64,000 nucleotides of DNA from an uncultured Actinomycetes bacterium (lineage in GTDB: Bacteria > Actinomycetota > Actinomycetes > Streptosporangiales > Streptosporangiaceae). The notes beneath the pieces were generated by a model that ran no database searches, was not told the origin of the DNA, and saw only the letters and a list, made by a program, of their open reading frames with translations. Below, piece by piece: positions 44,034 through 53,985 of this stretch. Made by a program: the position numbers and the translations under genes. The stretch is taken from positions 6,689 through 70,688 of the forward strand of contig CAVRRQ010000012.1 in the NCBI GenBank assembly GCA_963723595.1, written 5' to 3'. The number at the start of each line of letters is the position of its first letter. The first letter of the stretch is position 1.

Positions 44034-45537
44034 CTAGTTATTAACGGGGAACCCCAGGCTGACGCCGCCGTGGCTGGGGTCGAGCCAGCGGGACGTCACC
44101 GCCTTGCCCCGGGTGTAGAAGTGCACGCCCTCGGTCCCGTGGACGTGGGTGTCCCCGAACAGGGACGCCTTCCAGCCACCGAACGAGTAGTACGCCATCG
44201 GCACCGGGATCGGCACGTTCACTCCCACCATGCCGGCCTCGACGTCGAACACGAACCGCCGGGCCGCCCCGCCGTCGTTGGTGAAGATCGCGGTCCCGTT
44301 GCCGTAGGGGTTCTCGCTGACCAGCCGGACCGCGTCCGCGTAGGTCGAGGCGCGGACCACGGACAGCACCGGGCCGAAGATCTCGTCGGTGTAGGCGGCC
44401 ATGGCTGGTGTGACGTGGTCCAGGACGCTGGGCCCAAGCCAGAACCCCCCCTCGCTGCCGCCGATGACCGGGTGCACCCGCCCGTCCACGGCCAGGGTCG
44501 CGCCCTCACGGACCCCCGAGTCCAGGTACGAGGCGACCTTGTCCCGGTGCGCGCCGGTGACCAGCGGTCCCATCTCCGAGCGCTCGTCGGTGCCCGGCCC
44601 CACCCGCAGCCGCGCGACCCGCTCGGTGATCTTGGCGACCAGTTCGTCACCCACCGGGCCCACGGCCACCAGGACGGATACGGCCATGCAGCGCTCGCCC
44701 GCGGAGCCGAATCCCGCGGACACCGCGGCGTCCGCGGCGAGGTCGAGGTCGGCGTCCGGCAGCACGACCATGTGGTTCTTGGCCCCGCCCAGCGCCTGGA
44801 CGCGCTTGCCCGCCGCCGTCCCGGTCTCATAGACGTAGCGCGCGATCGGGGTGGACCCGACGAAGCTCACCGCGCGGACTTCCGGGTGCCCCAGCAGCGC
44901 GTCGAACGGCTTCCTTGTCTCCCTGGACCACGTTGAACACGCCCTCGGGGAGCCCCGCCTCGGCCCACAGCCGGGCCAGCAGCAGGGAAGCCGAGGGGTC
45001 CTTTTCCGAAGGCTTGAGCACGAACGCGTTCCCGCAGGCGATGGCGATGGGGAACATCCACATCGGCACCATGGCCGGGAAGTTGAAGGGGGTGATGCCG
45101 GCGACCACGCCGAGCGGCTGCCGGATCGAGTAGGCATCGACGCCGGTAGAAACGTTTTCGGAAAAACCGCCCTTGAGCAGGTGCGGGATTCCGCAGGCGA
45201 ACTCGACGACCTCCAGGCCGCGGGCCACCTCACCGGCCGCGTCCCCGGCCACCTTGCCGTGCTCCGCGCTGATCAGCGCGGCCAGCTCGCCGGTGCGCCG
45301 GGCCAGCAGCTCACGGAACGTGAACAGCACGCCGGCCCGCTTGGCCAGCGACGCGGCCCGCCAGCCGGGGAAGGCCTTGGCCGCGGCGGCGACCGCGTCG
45401 TCGACGACCGCGGCCGACGCGAAGTCGACCGTCCCGGTCACCTCGCCGGTCGCCGGGTCGTAGATGTCGCCATGCCGCTCGGCCGCGCCCGCCCAGGGCT
45501 GCCCGCCGATCCAGTGGCTGACGTGCTTTCCCGTCAC
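44034..45537 (-). pseudogene. mmsA: CoA-acylating methylmalonate-semialdehyde dehydrogenase, one frameshift near 44905-44915
   Basis: GTG 45537 follows GAGGAGG. The N-terminal part (HWIGGQPWAG...FNFPAMVPMWMFPIAIACGNAFVLKPSEKDP...VVQGDKEAV) is in ORF 44827-45582. The rest (DALLGHPEVRAVSFVGSTPIARYVY...GERCMA...) is in ORF 44034-45233. The junction reads gccgTTcgac; removing one T restores EAVDALL. Confidence 0.88.
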
Positions 45538-45637
45538 TCTGCCTCCTCGGATATTCGCGCCATCCGGCAGCCAAGACCCCACCGGCCGCTCGGCCGGGCC
45601 TGGCGGCCCGGCCTCGTTAGCCGGTGCCGGATGGCAC

Positions 45638-46936
45638 TCACGGGCTGGCCTCCTCGTTTACCGCGCGGAGCGCGTCAGCCAGGATGCCCAGGCCTTCCTT
45701 GGCCTCGGCGTCGGACAGGTTCATCGGCGGGGCCATCCGGAGCGTGTGCCCGTACAGGCCCCCCTTGCCGATCAGCAGGCCGCGCTCCCGGGTCTCCTCC
45801 AGCATCCGGGTGGCCAGCGCCGGGCTGGGCGCGCCGGTCGCGGGGTCGACCAGGTCCACGGCGAACATCAGGCCCTTGCCCCGGACCTCGCCGACCGCGG
45901 CCAGCGGCGCGGCCGCCTCGCGCAGTCCGCTGATGATCATGCCGCCCAGCTCAGCCGCATTCCGCTGCAGGTCGTGGGACAGGACGTAGTCGAGGGTGGC
46001 GTTGGCGGCGGCGGTGGACAGCGGGTTGCCGCCGAAGGTGGAGATGCCGTTGCCGGGCAGCCCGTCCATCAGGTCGCCGCGGGCGATCACGCCGCCGATG
46101 GCCATCCCGTTGCCGAGGCCCTTGGCGAACGTGATGATGTCCGGGGTGACGCCGTGCGCGCCGATGCCCCAGAAGTGCTCGCCGGTGCGGCCCCAGGCCG
46201 TCTGCACCTCGTCGGAGATGAGCAGCGCCCCGCGCTCCCGGAGCACCGCGGCGTAGTCGCCGAGCAGGCCGTCCGGGGGCATGGTGAAGCCGCCGACCCC
46301 CTGCACGGGCTCGGCGATCAGGCAGGCCACGTCCCCCGCGGTCGCGGTGGTCAGCACGTGCCGCAGGTCCTGGACGCAGGCTTCGGTGTACGCGGCGTCG
46401 TCCATCCCGGCGAAGGCGGGCAGCTGCCGGTCCGTGCCGTGCAGGTAGTGCACGGCGAACGGGGCCAGTGGCGAGCTCTTCCACGCGCCGTTGCCGGTGA
46501 TGGCGACCGCGCCGAAGGACCGGCCGTGGTAGCTGTTGCGCAGCGCGAGCACCTGGTTGGACCGGCGGGCCGCCGTGGCCAGCATCAGCGCGGTCTCGTT
46601 GGCCTCGGTACCGGAGTTGGTGAAGAACACCTTGGCGTTCTCGATCCCGGACAGCCGGGCCAGCTTCTCGGCCAGCTCCACCTGGTTGCGGATCAGGTAC
46701 AGGGTGGACGTGTGCACCATGCCGGTGTCCAGCTGGCGCTGGACCGCCTCGCGGACCTCGGGCACGCCGTAGCCCAGCATGTTGGTCAGGATGCCGCAGA
46801 AGAAGTCCAGGTAGCTGCGGCCGTTGGCGTCCGTGACGCGGCTGCCGCTGCCGCTGGTCAGTTCCAGCGGCTCGGAGTAGTAGAGCCCGAGCCAGTTAGG
46901 GATGACGCGGCGGTGCCGCTCGTGGAGTTCCGACAT
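45638..46936 (-). CDS. class-III (omega-type) aminotransferase
   Basis: ATG 46936 (MSELHERHRRVIPNWLGLYY...). FTNSGTEANETALMLA, LISDEVQTAWGRTG and ITFAKGLGNG contain the PLP lysine. 432 aa, intact. Confidence 0.85.
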   Translation of the reverse strand: MSELHERHRRVIPNWLGLYYSEPLELTSGSGSRVTDANGRSYLDFFCGILTNMLGYGVPEVREAVQRQLDTGMVHTSTLYLIRNQVELAEKLARLSGIENAKVFFTNSGTEANETALMLATAARRSNQVLALRNSYHGRSFGAVAITGNGAWKSSPLAPFAVHYLHGTDRQLPAFAGMDDAAYTEACVQDLRHVLTTATAGDVACLIAEPVQGVGGFTMPPDGLLGDYAAVLRERGALLISDEVQTAWGRTGEHFWGIGAHGVTPDIITFAKGLGNGMAIGGVIARGDLMDGLPGNGISTFGGNPLSTAAANATLDYVLSHDLQRNAAELGGMIISGLREAAAPLAAVGEVRGKGLMFAVDLVDPATGAPSPALATRMLEETRERGLLIGKGGLYGHTLRMAPPMNLSDAEAKEGLGILADALRAVNEEASP

Positions 46937-47048
46937 CCTCCCAGTCTGTCCGACGCACCCCGCCCCCCGCCCCGACACCGTGTCACGGATAACCCATAGA
47001 TCCTGACACTATGTTCATCCTCTCGTACGCTGGTGGCACCGGCCCCAG

Positions 47049-47118
47049 CCCACGTTTCCCGCGGACGGTGCGCCGAGCCGGGCGATATGACCGTTTTCGG
47101 CGAACGATGCGCGGGAAC
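47049..47118. repeat. palindromic intergenic element, copy B
   Basis: The first 26 nt, CCCACGTTTCCCGCGGACGGTGCGCC, differ at one position from the reverse complement of copy A (2715-2740). A 24-nt spacer follows, then the second arm GGCGAACGATGCGCGGGAAC. It lies in the divergent region between the aminotransferase and PucR. Confidence 0.8.
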
Positions 47119-47153
47119 CGTCGCGGGAACAGGCGGGCGGAGGGAGACGGCGG

Positions 47154-48819
47154 ATGCCGACGGTCGCGGAGGTGCTCCGGCTCGATGCGGTGCGGCGCGG
47201 GCGCCCGCAGGTGGTGGCGGCGGCCGGCGGGCTGGACCGGACGGTGCGCTGGGTGCACGCGATCGAGTTCGCCGACGCGGCCCGGCTGCTGCGCGGCGGC
47301 GAGCTGGTGCTCACCACGGGGATAGCCCTGCCGGACGAGGAACCGCTGCTGGACGCCTACGTGGCCGAACTGGCCGCGGTGGGGGTGAGCGCCCTCGCGG
47401 TCGAGCTGGGCCGTAAGTACACCAGCGGCCTCCCCGCCGCGTTCGTCGCGGCCGCCCGGGACCGGGGACTGCCGCTGATCGTGTTCACCCGCGAGGTCCC
47501 GTTCATCGAGATCACCGAGGCCGTGCACGCCCTGATCATCGACGACCAGATGGAGCAGCTGCGGGCCTCGGCCCGGCTGCACGAGGTGTTCACCGACCTG
47601 GCCGTGGCCGGCGCCGCCCCGGCCGACATCCTCCGGGAGGCCGCGCTGCTCGCGGGGCGGCCGCTGGTCCTGGAGGACCTGTCCCATCATGTGCTGGCCT
47701 GCGAGCCGGCCGGGCACCGACCCGGCCGCCCTGCTGGCGGACTTCGGGACCCGCTCCGCCGCGGTGCCGGCCTCGCCGCGCACCGCCTACCACCCCGGCC
47801 CCGGCTGGCTGGTCACCACCGTGGGGGCGCGCGGCGAGGACTGGGGCCGGGTCATCCTGGTCTGCGACGGGCCGCCCGCCCCGGTGGACACCGTGCTGGT
47901 GGAGCGCGCGGCCACCACGCTCGCGCTGGGGCGGCTGCTGGCCCGCCAGCAGGAAAGCCTGGAACGCCAGGCGCACCGCACCCTGATCAGCATCCTGCTG
48001 GCCCAGGCCGATGCCGACACCGGCGAGATGGCCGCGCAGTGCCGGGCGCTGGGCGTGCCGGTCACCGGCCGGCAGCTGATCACCGCGGTGATCAGGTCAC
48101 CGGACGGCGGGGCTGGCCTGCTGGCCCAGGCCCGGGTCCTGGACCTGGCCGAGGCGTTCGCGGACGCCTGCCGCACCGAGCGGATCCCGGCGCTGGTCGG
48201 CTCCCTGGACGACGTGCGGGCCGGCGCGCTGCTGTCGGCCGAGGCCGGCGCTGACCCGGAGCAGGTGCTGGCCGGGGTGTGCGCCGCGGCCCGGCTGGGG
48301 GTGGCCCGCCGGGCCAGGCGCCCCTACGGGATGGCCAGCGGGGAGCCGGTGATCGGGGTGGGCACCCCCGCGGGCAGCCTGCGCGAGGTCCGGCGCTCGC
48401 TGCTGGAGGCGCGGCAGGTGGCGGACGCAGCCGCGGAGACCGCGGGACCGCTGGACGGCCGGCCCTTCTACCGCCTGGCCGACCTGCGGCTGCGTGGCCT
48501 GCTCTCGCTGCTCGGCGCGGACGCCAGGCTGGCGACGTTCGTGGACCGGGAGCTGGGCCCGCTGCGGCGCTACGACGCCGCGCACGGCACCGGCCTGGTC
48601 GGCGTGCTGGACGCGTACCTGGCGGCGGGGGGGAACAAGGCGGACGCCGCCGCGCGGGCCCACCTGGCCCGGCCCACCCTGTACGAGCGGCTCCGGCATA
48701 TCGAGCGGATTCTGGGGGTCAGCCTCGACTCGGCCGAGTCACGCACCTCGCTGCACGTCGCCCTGCTGATCGGGCAAAGGCCGCCTCCTGCGCCGGGCAC
48801 CGCGAGCGGTTCAGGATAG
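47154..48819 (+). pseudogene. PucR/CdaR family transcriptional regulator, one frameshift near 47705-47715
   Basis: The N-terminal PucR-type domain (MPTVAEVLRLDAVRRGRPQVVAAAGGLDRTVRWVH...) is in ORF 47154-48254. The remainder, ending in the PucR HTH (AARAHLARPTLYERLRHIERILG), is in ORF 47689-48819. The junction reads gccGGGcaccgac; removing one G restores PAGTDPAALLADFG. Confidence 0.85.
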
Positions 48820-48962
48820 GCGGCCCTTACCCTCCGGGAAGTCCGCTGCCATTCCTGACAACCGCCGTGCCAGGCTGGCCGTCCACCCAGGGAATCACTT
48901 GAGCAGGCCCAGGGAAGGTGGCCCCCCGCTCAGGCCATTCGCGAGAGGGGAATCGCAGCGCC

Positions 48963-49229
48963 ATGGCTAACGGGACCGAACGCAGGCCAGCGCGGGCTGG
49001 GACGGGGACGTGCACCAAATGCACCTGCTCCCGATTCGAGGGACAGGGAAGCATCTGCGAGAACTGCAAGCACCATTACGACGAGCACAACGTCGCCTGG
49101 CCGCGGGGCCTGGACCTGATCTGGTCGTTAGAGCACGGTGCCCGCGCGAGGCGGCTCCGAATCAGGTGCCGAACCATGTGCCGGACACGCTGGGGGGCCG
49201 GAGGTCAGTACATCTCGACGCAGTCGTAG
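48963..49229 (+). CDS. hypothetical small Cys/His-rich protein (very tentative)
   Basis: ATG 48963 gives MANGTERRPARAGTGTCTKCTCSRFEGQGSICENCKHHYDEHN... (CxxCxC...CxxCxHH). Only the first 45 or so codons look protein-like. The 3' end overlaps the PL4 remnant. Locally lower GC. Confidence 0.25.
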   Translation: MANGTERRPARAGTGTCTKCTCSRFEGQGSICENCKHHYDEHNVAWPRGLDLIWSLEHGARARRLRIRCRTMCRTRWGAGGQYISTQS

Positions 49230-49746
49230 CTGACCGCCGGGCTGAGCCAGTCGCTGAGCGCGCCGGAACCGCTGATCACGGTAGATCGGCCATGGAGACG
49301 TTGTTCTGGCCGTTCACGGCCACGTAGTAATGGCGCAGCAGGCCACTGCCGTACCAGGTGCTCGAGGACGCCGTGATGATGATGTAGTTCCCGGTCTGCT
49401 GCGCACTCACGGCCGGACTGGGCAGGCCGGACTCGACGTGCGACTCACTGGTCCCGGACGGCTGCAACTCGGTCCCGTTGAGGTTCAGCGATGTCATGCC
49501 GCCGGTGGCCTGATGGATCTTGAACACCAGTCCGCCGCCGGTGGTGACCGTGTAGTACCCGCCACTGTCCGTGTAGCCGAACGCTGCCGCTCTGGCCGCG
49601 GGGGCCCGGGCCGACACGGTGTCCGCGGCGGCGCCGGCTAACCCGAGGGCCAGGCCGCTGGACGCCGCGCCGGTGAGGAACTGGCGCCGTCCCAGCGGCC
49701 GGGGCCCGGACGGGGAGCTGGTTCCCCTCATCTGAGGCTTCTTCAC
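49205..49746 (-). pseudogene. rhamnogalacturonan lyase (PL4) remnant with a large internal deletion
   Basis: A TAT signal (RRQFLTGAASSGLALGLAG) and about 110 codons of the RhgB N-terminal domain remain (FGYTDSGGYYTV...LNLNGTELQ...HVESGL...YIIITASS...HYYVAVNGQNNVSMA). A stop follows at 49276. In another frame the last 23 codons of the family are present (VISGSGALSDWLSPAVSYDCVEMY*), ending at 49205. Confidence 0.7.
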
Positions 49747-49757
49747 GTCAGCCCCGC

Positions 49758-51260
49758 TTACAGGCCGGGGTAGCCAGGGAAGGTGCAGGACGGCACGCTG
49801 CCGCTGCCGCTGACCGGGGTGACGGTCACGTCCGTGCCCGAGGCGGTGATGTTGCTGTTGTACGTGCCGATGCTGGCGTACTCGGCCGAGGTGCTGGTCG
49901 CGTCCAGGCTCACGTTCTCCAGGGTCAGGCCGAGCAGGTGAGCGGAGTTGTAGCCCTCCAGCACCGACTGGGCGCTGGACGCCGAGTTCACCGCTTTCAG
50001 CCCGTTGACCACGATGTTCTCGAAGTAGGGGGTCGTGGAACCGTTGCCGGACGAATAGAACGGGTTGAACTCCAGGGCGTGCTTGACCCTGGTCAGGCAG
50101 TTGCTGTCGTAGGTGACCTCGTTGACCGTGCCGCCCTCGCTGGATGTGGTCTTGATCCGCAGGCCGTTGTTGTCGGTGCTCACGTTCCCGGAGCTGTCCG
50201 TCCCGCTGACCGTGTTGTCCTCGACCAGGATGTTGGTCACGCCGTACTGGGTCTGGCTGCCGACCGAGATCCCGTGCGTGCCGTAGAAGTGGCTGTTCTC
50301 GATGGTCATGTTGGACGCGGCGGCGGAATTGGTCTTGATCGCGATGCCGTCATCGCCGTCCTGGATGTAGGAGTCGTTGACGGTGACGTTGGTGGCGCTG
50401 TCCGGGTCGATGCCGTCGGTGTTCCGCGCGGTGGCCGGGGTCTTGATCCGCACGCCCCAGACGGTGAGGCCGTTGCCGCCCTCGAAGTAGAGGTGGAACA
50501 GCGGCGCGTTGACCAGGTCGACGTCGTAGACGGTGAAGCTGTTCACGTCGTGTGCCTCGATCAGCCGCGGGTTGTTCTGGTCGTCGCCGTCGGACTTCGC
50601 CGTGTTGGAGAGCGTCCACCAGCTCCCGCTGGTCCCGAGGATGTCCTGGTCACCCCGGCCGTTGATGGCGCCCTGGCCACCGCCGGATCCCTGCGTGCCC
50701 ATGATCGCGGCGCTGGACCCGGTGACGTTGATGAACGGCTTGCAGCCGTTCCCGCTCGACGCCGTGGTGCCGCAGGTCGCCTGGCCCGAGACCTGGTAAT
50801 TGGCCGGGTTGCGCGAGGCGTAGAGCGTGGCGCCGTCGTCGATCAGCAGCGTGACACTGGCGGGCACGGACAGCGGGCCGGCCAGGAACGCGTTGTCGCT
50901 GCCGCTGGGGGCCAGCACGACCGCCTTGCCCGTGCCGCTGCAGCTGTTCAGGGCGGCCTGGATCCGCGAGGTGTCCGGCGGTGACGACTCGGCGCTGCTG
51001 CTGAACTGCTCGTTGCTGGTGGCGAGCTGGGCGCTGAGCGTGGTGCAGGTGGCGGGCACGCTGGGCTGGGACACGTGGCGGCTGTCCCCGGTGGCCAGCG
51101 TCGCGCTGGCCGCGGCGGGCGAGGCGGAGCTGGCCGGGGACGCCGGGGACGCGCTGGCTGCGGGCAGGCTGGCGGCGCCCCCGATGATGAGAGCGCTCAC
51201 ACCTACCAGGCGCGCCAGCACGCTGGACAGCGGACGCGGGCGGTGGATGGGGAGCTTCAC
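49758..51260 (-). CDS. GH28 endo-polygalacturonase (PehA-like), secreted
   Basis: GTG 51260 follows AAGGAGGA and is followed by a signal peptide. NTDGIDP, DGDDGIAIK, GTHGISVGS and GLRIKT are the four GH28 blocks. The N-terminal region is collinear with enterobacterial PehA. Confidence 0.9.
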   Translation of the reverse strand: MKLPIHRPRPLSSVLARLVGVSALIIGGAASLPAASASPASPASSASPAAASATLATGDSRHVSQPSVPATCTTLSAQLATSNEQFSSSAESSPPDTSRIQAALNSCSGTGKAVVLAPSGSDNAFLAGPLSVPASVTLLIDDGATLYASRNPANYQVSGQATCGTTASSGNGCKPFINVTGSSAAIMGTQGSGGGQGAINGRGDQDILGTSGSWWTLSNTAKSDGDDQNNPRLIEAHDVNSFTVYDVDLVNAPLFHLYFEGGNGLTVWGVRIKTPATARNTDGIDPDSATNVTVNDSYIQDGDDGIAIKTNSAAASNMTIENSHFYGTHGISVGSQTQYGVTNILVEDNTVSGTDSSGNVSTDNNGLRIKTTSSEGGTVNEVTYDSNCLTRVKHALEFNPFYSSGNGSTTPYFENIVVNGLKAVNSASSAQSVLEGYNSAHLLGLTLENVSLDATSTSAEYASIGTYNSNITASGTDVTVTPVSGSGSVPSCTFPGYPGL

Positions 51261-51537
51261 GACGTTTCCTCCTTGGCCGCAGGGCAGGAATACCGGGTAC
51301 GACAGCCGTCACTCGCTGTCCGGCCAGGCCAGCCGGGAGCGCCCGCCCCGAGCGCCGCGCATCAGCCGAACCATAGAACGCCTGGCCCGCGCGGCCAAGG
51401 CGCCGGTGGCATCGCGACCGGGCCCTCGTCATCTGGCCTGGTCACCGTGACAGCCGCCGTCTCCCGGCATGAAACCATCGTGAAAGCCCCCGAGGACGCA
51501 GCGCATACTTGAGCGCGTCCACGAAAGAGGAGTTCTC

Positions 51538-52494
51538 ATGGATCGCTGGACCGCAGACCGGATCGCCGATCAGTCCGGCCGCACGTTCATCGTGACCGGC
51601 GCCAGCAGCGGCCTCGGGTTCGAGACCAGCCGGCAGCTGGCTGGTCATGGCGGCCGGGTGGTGATGGCCTCCCGGAGCCAGCCGAACGGCCGCGACGCGG
51701 TGGCCCGGATCAGGGCCGCGCAGCCAGCGGCGGCCGTCGAATTCCGGGCGCTGGATCTCGCCGACCTGGACTCGGTGCGGGCATTCGCCGCGGCGATCCT
51801 GGGGGACGGCATCGCGGTGGACGTGCTCGTCAACAACGCCGGGGTGATGTTTCCGCCCCGCCGGCTCAGCCCGCAGGGTTTCGAGTCCCAGTTCGCGACC
51901 AACCACCTGGGCCACTTCGCGCTGACCGGGCTGCTGTTCGGGGCGATCCGAACCGGCCAGGACCCGCGCGTCGTCACCGTCAGCTCGGCCGAGCACAAGG
52001 GCGGGTCGATCCACTTCGACGACCTGACCGGCGAGCGCTCCTATTCGCCGCGGGCCTTCTACCAGCAGTCCAAATTCGCCAACGTGCTGTTCGGCCTCGA
52101 ACTGGACCGGCGGTCCCGCGCGGCAGGGGCCGGGGTCCGCTCGATCCTGGCCCACCCCGGGTATGCGGCCACCAACCTGCAGAGCAGCGGCCCCACCGGC
52201 TTGGGCAAGCAGCTGATGAAGGTCGGCAACCGGCTCATCGCCCAGAGCGCCGAGATGGGCGCCCTGGGCCAGCTTTACGCCGCCACTGACCCGGCTGCGG
52301 AAAGCGGCAAGTTCTACGGTCCCGGCGGGTTCATGGAGCTCCGCGGTTACCCGGCCGAAGTGCAGCCCGTCGCCGCCGCGAAAAACGAGGAGACCGCCCG
52401 GCGGCTCTGGGACATATCAGAGCAGCTCACCGGCGCCACCTGGGACCTGCTCCCCGTCCCGCCCGGCAGTGAGTCAGCGCGGCCTGGCCGATAA
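51538..52494 (+). CDS. SDR family oxidoreductase
   Basis: ATG 51538 follows AAAGAGGAG. TFIVTGASSGLGFET (TGxxxGxG), LVNNAGVM, and Y/K in HPGYAATNL. 318 aa. Confidence 0.85.
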   Translation: MDRWTADRIADQSGRTFIVTGASSGLGFETSRQLAGHGGRVVMASRSQPNGRDAVARIRAAQPAAAVEFRALDLADLDSVRAFAAAILGDGIAVDVLVNNAGVMFPPRRLSPQGFESQFATNHLGHFALTGLLFGAIRTGQDPRVVTVSSAEHKGGSIHFDDLTGERSYSPRAFYQQSKFANVLFGLELDRRSRAAGAGVRSILAHPGYAATNLQSSGPTGLGKQLMKVGNRLIAQSAEMGALGQLYAATDPAAESGKFYGPGGFMELRGYPAEVQPVAAAKNEETARRLWDISEQLTGATWDLLPVPPGSESARPGR

Positions 52495-52629
52495 CTATCC
52501 GGCTCGCCCGCAGGGGCCCGGCCGCGACTGTGACACGGCGCCACCTGGAGCCGGTACGCGGCACGCCCATAGTCAGCGGAACCAGCGTGCCCGGCACTGC
52601 AGGCCGGCGGAGCTGATAGGGATAACGGC

Positions 52630-52794
52630 ATGCAGGCTGGCCGACTCCCCATTGACGAGCAAGTGACGCAGTTCCGGGCGGCGCTGGCCCGCAACGGCAC
52701 GCTGACCGACGTGCTCGCCCGGGCGGCCGCGTTGCAGCTGCCAGGCTGGTACCTGGTCGCCACCGGGCGGTCTGCCGCCACGGCGGCAGGCTGA
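52630..52794 (+). pseudogene. 5' remnant of a nucleotidyltransferase-family (NTP_transf_6-like) gene
   Basis: A 54-codon ORF: MQAGRLPIDEQVTQFRAALARNGTLTDVLARAAALQLPGWYLVATGRSAATAAG*. It matches the family N-terminus up to LPxWYL(V/T)A, then diverges and stops. It abuts the 3' end of the convergent gene. Confidence 0.35.
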
Positions 52795-52804
52795 GCGCCG
52801 GAGC

Positions 52805-53985
52805 CTACCTGCTGATGGACCCGGCCTGGCAGAGGGCCGCGATGGCGGCCAGGTCGGTCTGGGCGGCCAGGCCGGCGTGGTAGAGGCGGAGCTCGGTGGC
52901 GCCCGGCGGCGCGGACCGCCTCGGCCTGCGCGGGCAGGGTCTCCGGGTGACCGCCCAGGCCGGCCACGGCCTGCAGGACGGCGGCGATCCGGGCGCCGGG
53001 CGGCGCGGCCGCCGCGGTGCGGGCGACCAGGCCGGGCGCGGTGGCGGGGTTCCCGCAGGCCAGCACGATGCCGTCCGCGCCGCCCGGGCCGACAGGACAG
53101 CCGGGTCGTAGCCGGGGTTGGCCCCGGCGGCGCGCGGATCGGGCGCGGAGTGGACCAGGACGGGCTGGCCGGGAGCGGCGGCGCGGACCGCGTCGAGGAC
53201 CTCGGTGAGCAGCCGCCGGGAGGCGGCTGCCCGGACCTGGTCAAGCACCCCGCGCGGACATCGCCGGGCAGCGCGGGGCCGCCGTCGAGCGGCGGCGCGG
53301 ACCTGGGCCGCGAGCGTGGCCGGGTCCGCGCCGGCCGCCCGGTACGCCTGCCCGCACTCCGCGCAGAAGCACAGGGACAGGAGCCACAGCCCATCGGCCC
53401 CGCGGCCAGGGCCGCCACGTCGCCGGTCTTGTCGTGCGCGCTGCCGTGCTCGAAGCCGTACCAGCCGCACGCCTCCAGCTCGACGGCGTCCACCCCGGCC
53501 AGGGCGGCGACCTCCGCGGCCAGCGTCGCCGCGTACCGGCGGACCGCGCCGGAGCCAGCGCACAGGGCCCAGGGATACACGTCCCCGAACGCGTTGCGGA
53601 CCACGCACTCCCCCGCGTCCGGCGAGCCGGGAGTTGTGCGTGACCACGACCCAGGCGGTGACGGTGATGCCCGCCGCCCGCAGCGCGGCGGCGGCCCGCT
53701 CGAACGAGCCCGGCCCTGGTCCCCGGGCGCGGTGCCCGCCGGCCTGCGGGGCGCAGCGGCAGCCCGTCGCCAGCGGGCGGGGTCCGGCCGGTAGTAGATC
53801 CCGGCGTCCCGGGTGACGATGCGGTGCCGCGGGTGGATGCGGGGTCACCGCGCGCACCGCGTGGTACGCGGCGGCCAGCGTGACCTCGGTCAGCCCGAGC
53901 CCGGCGATGCGGTCCGCGGCGGCGGGTCGCCGTCCACGTCCCAGGGATAGAGGTACGCCCCGGTCGCGCACTGACACCCGATCAT
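52805..53985 (-). pseudogene. conserved-looking protein of unknown function, fragmented by about nine frame changes
   Basis: ATG 53985 overlaps the upstream stop (ATGA). A contiguous protein is obtained only by repeated switching among all three frames: MIGCQCATGAYLYPWDVDGDP / AAADRIAGLGLTEVTLAAAYHAVRAVTPH / HPRHRIVTRDAGIYYRPDPARW ... ITVTAWVVVTHNSRL / ECVVRNAFGDVYPWALCAGSGAVRRYAATLAAEVAALAGVDAVELEACGWYGFEHGSAHDKTG / LWLLSLCFCAECGQAY ... / DGIVLACGNPATAPGLVART... / ATELRLYHAGLAAQTDLAAIAALCQAG. Confidence 0.6.
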
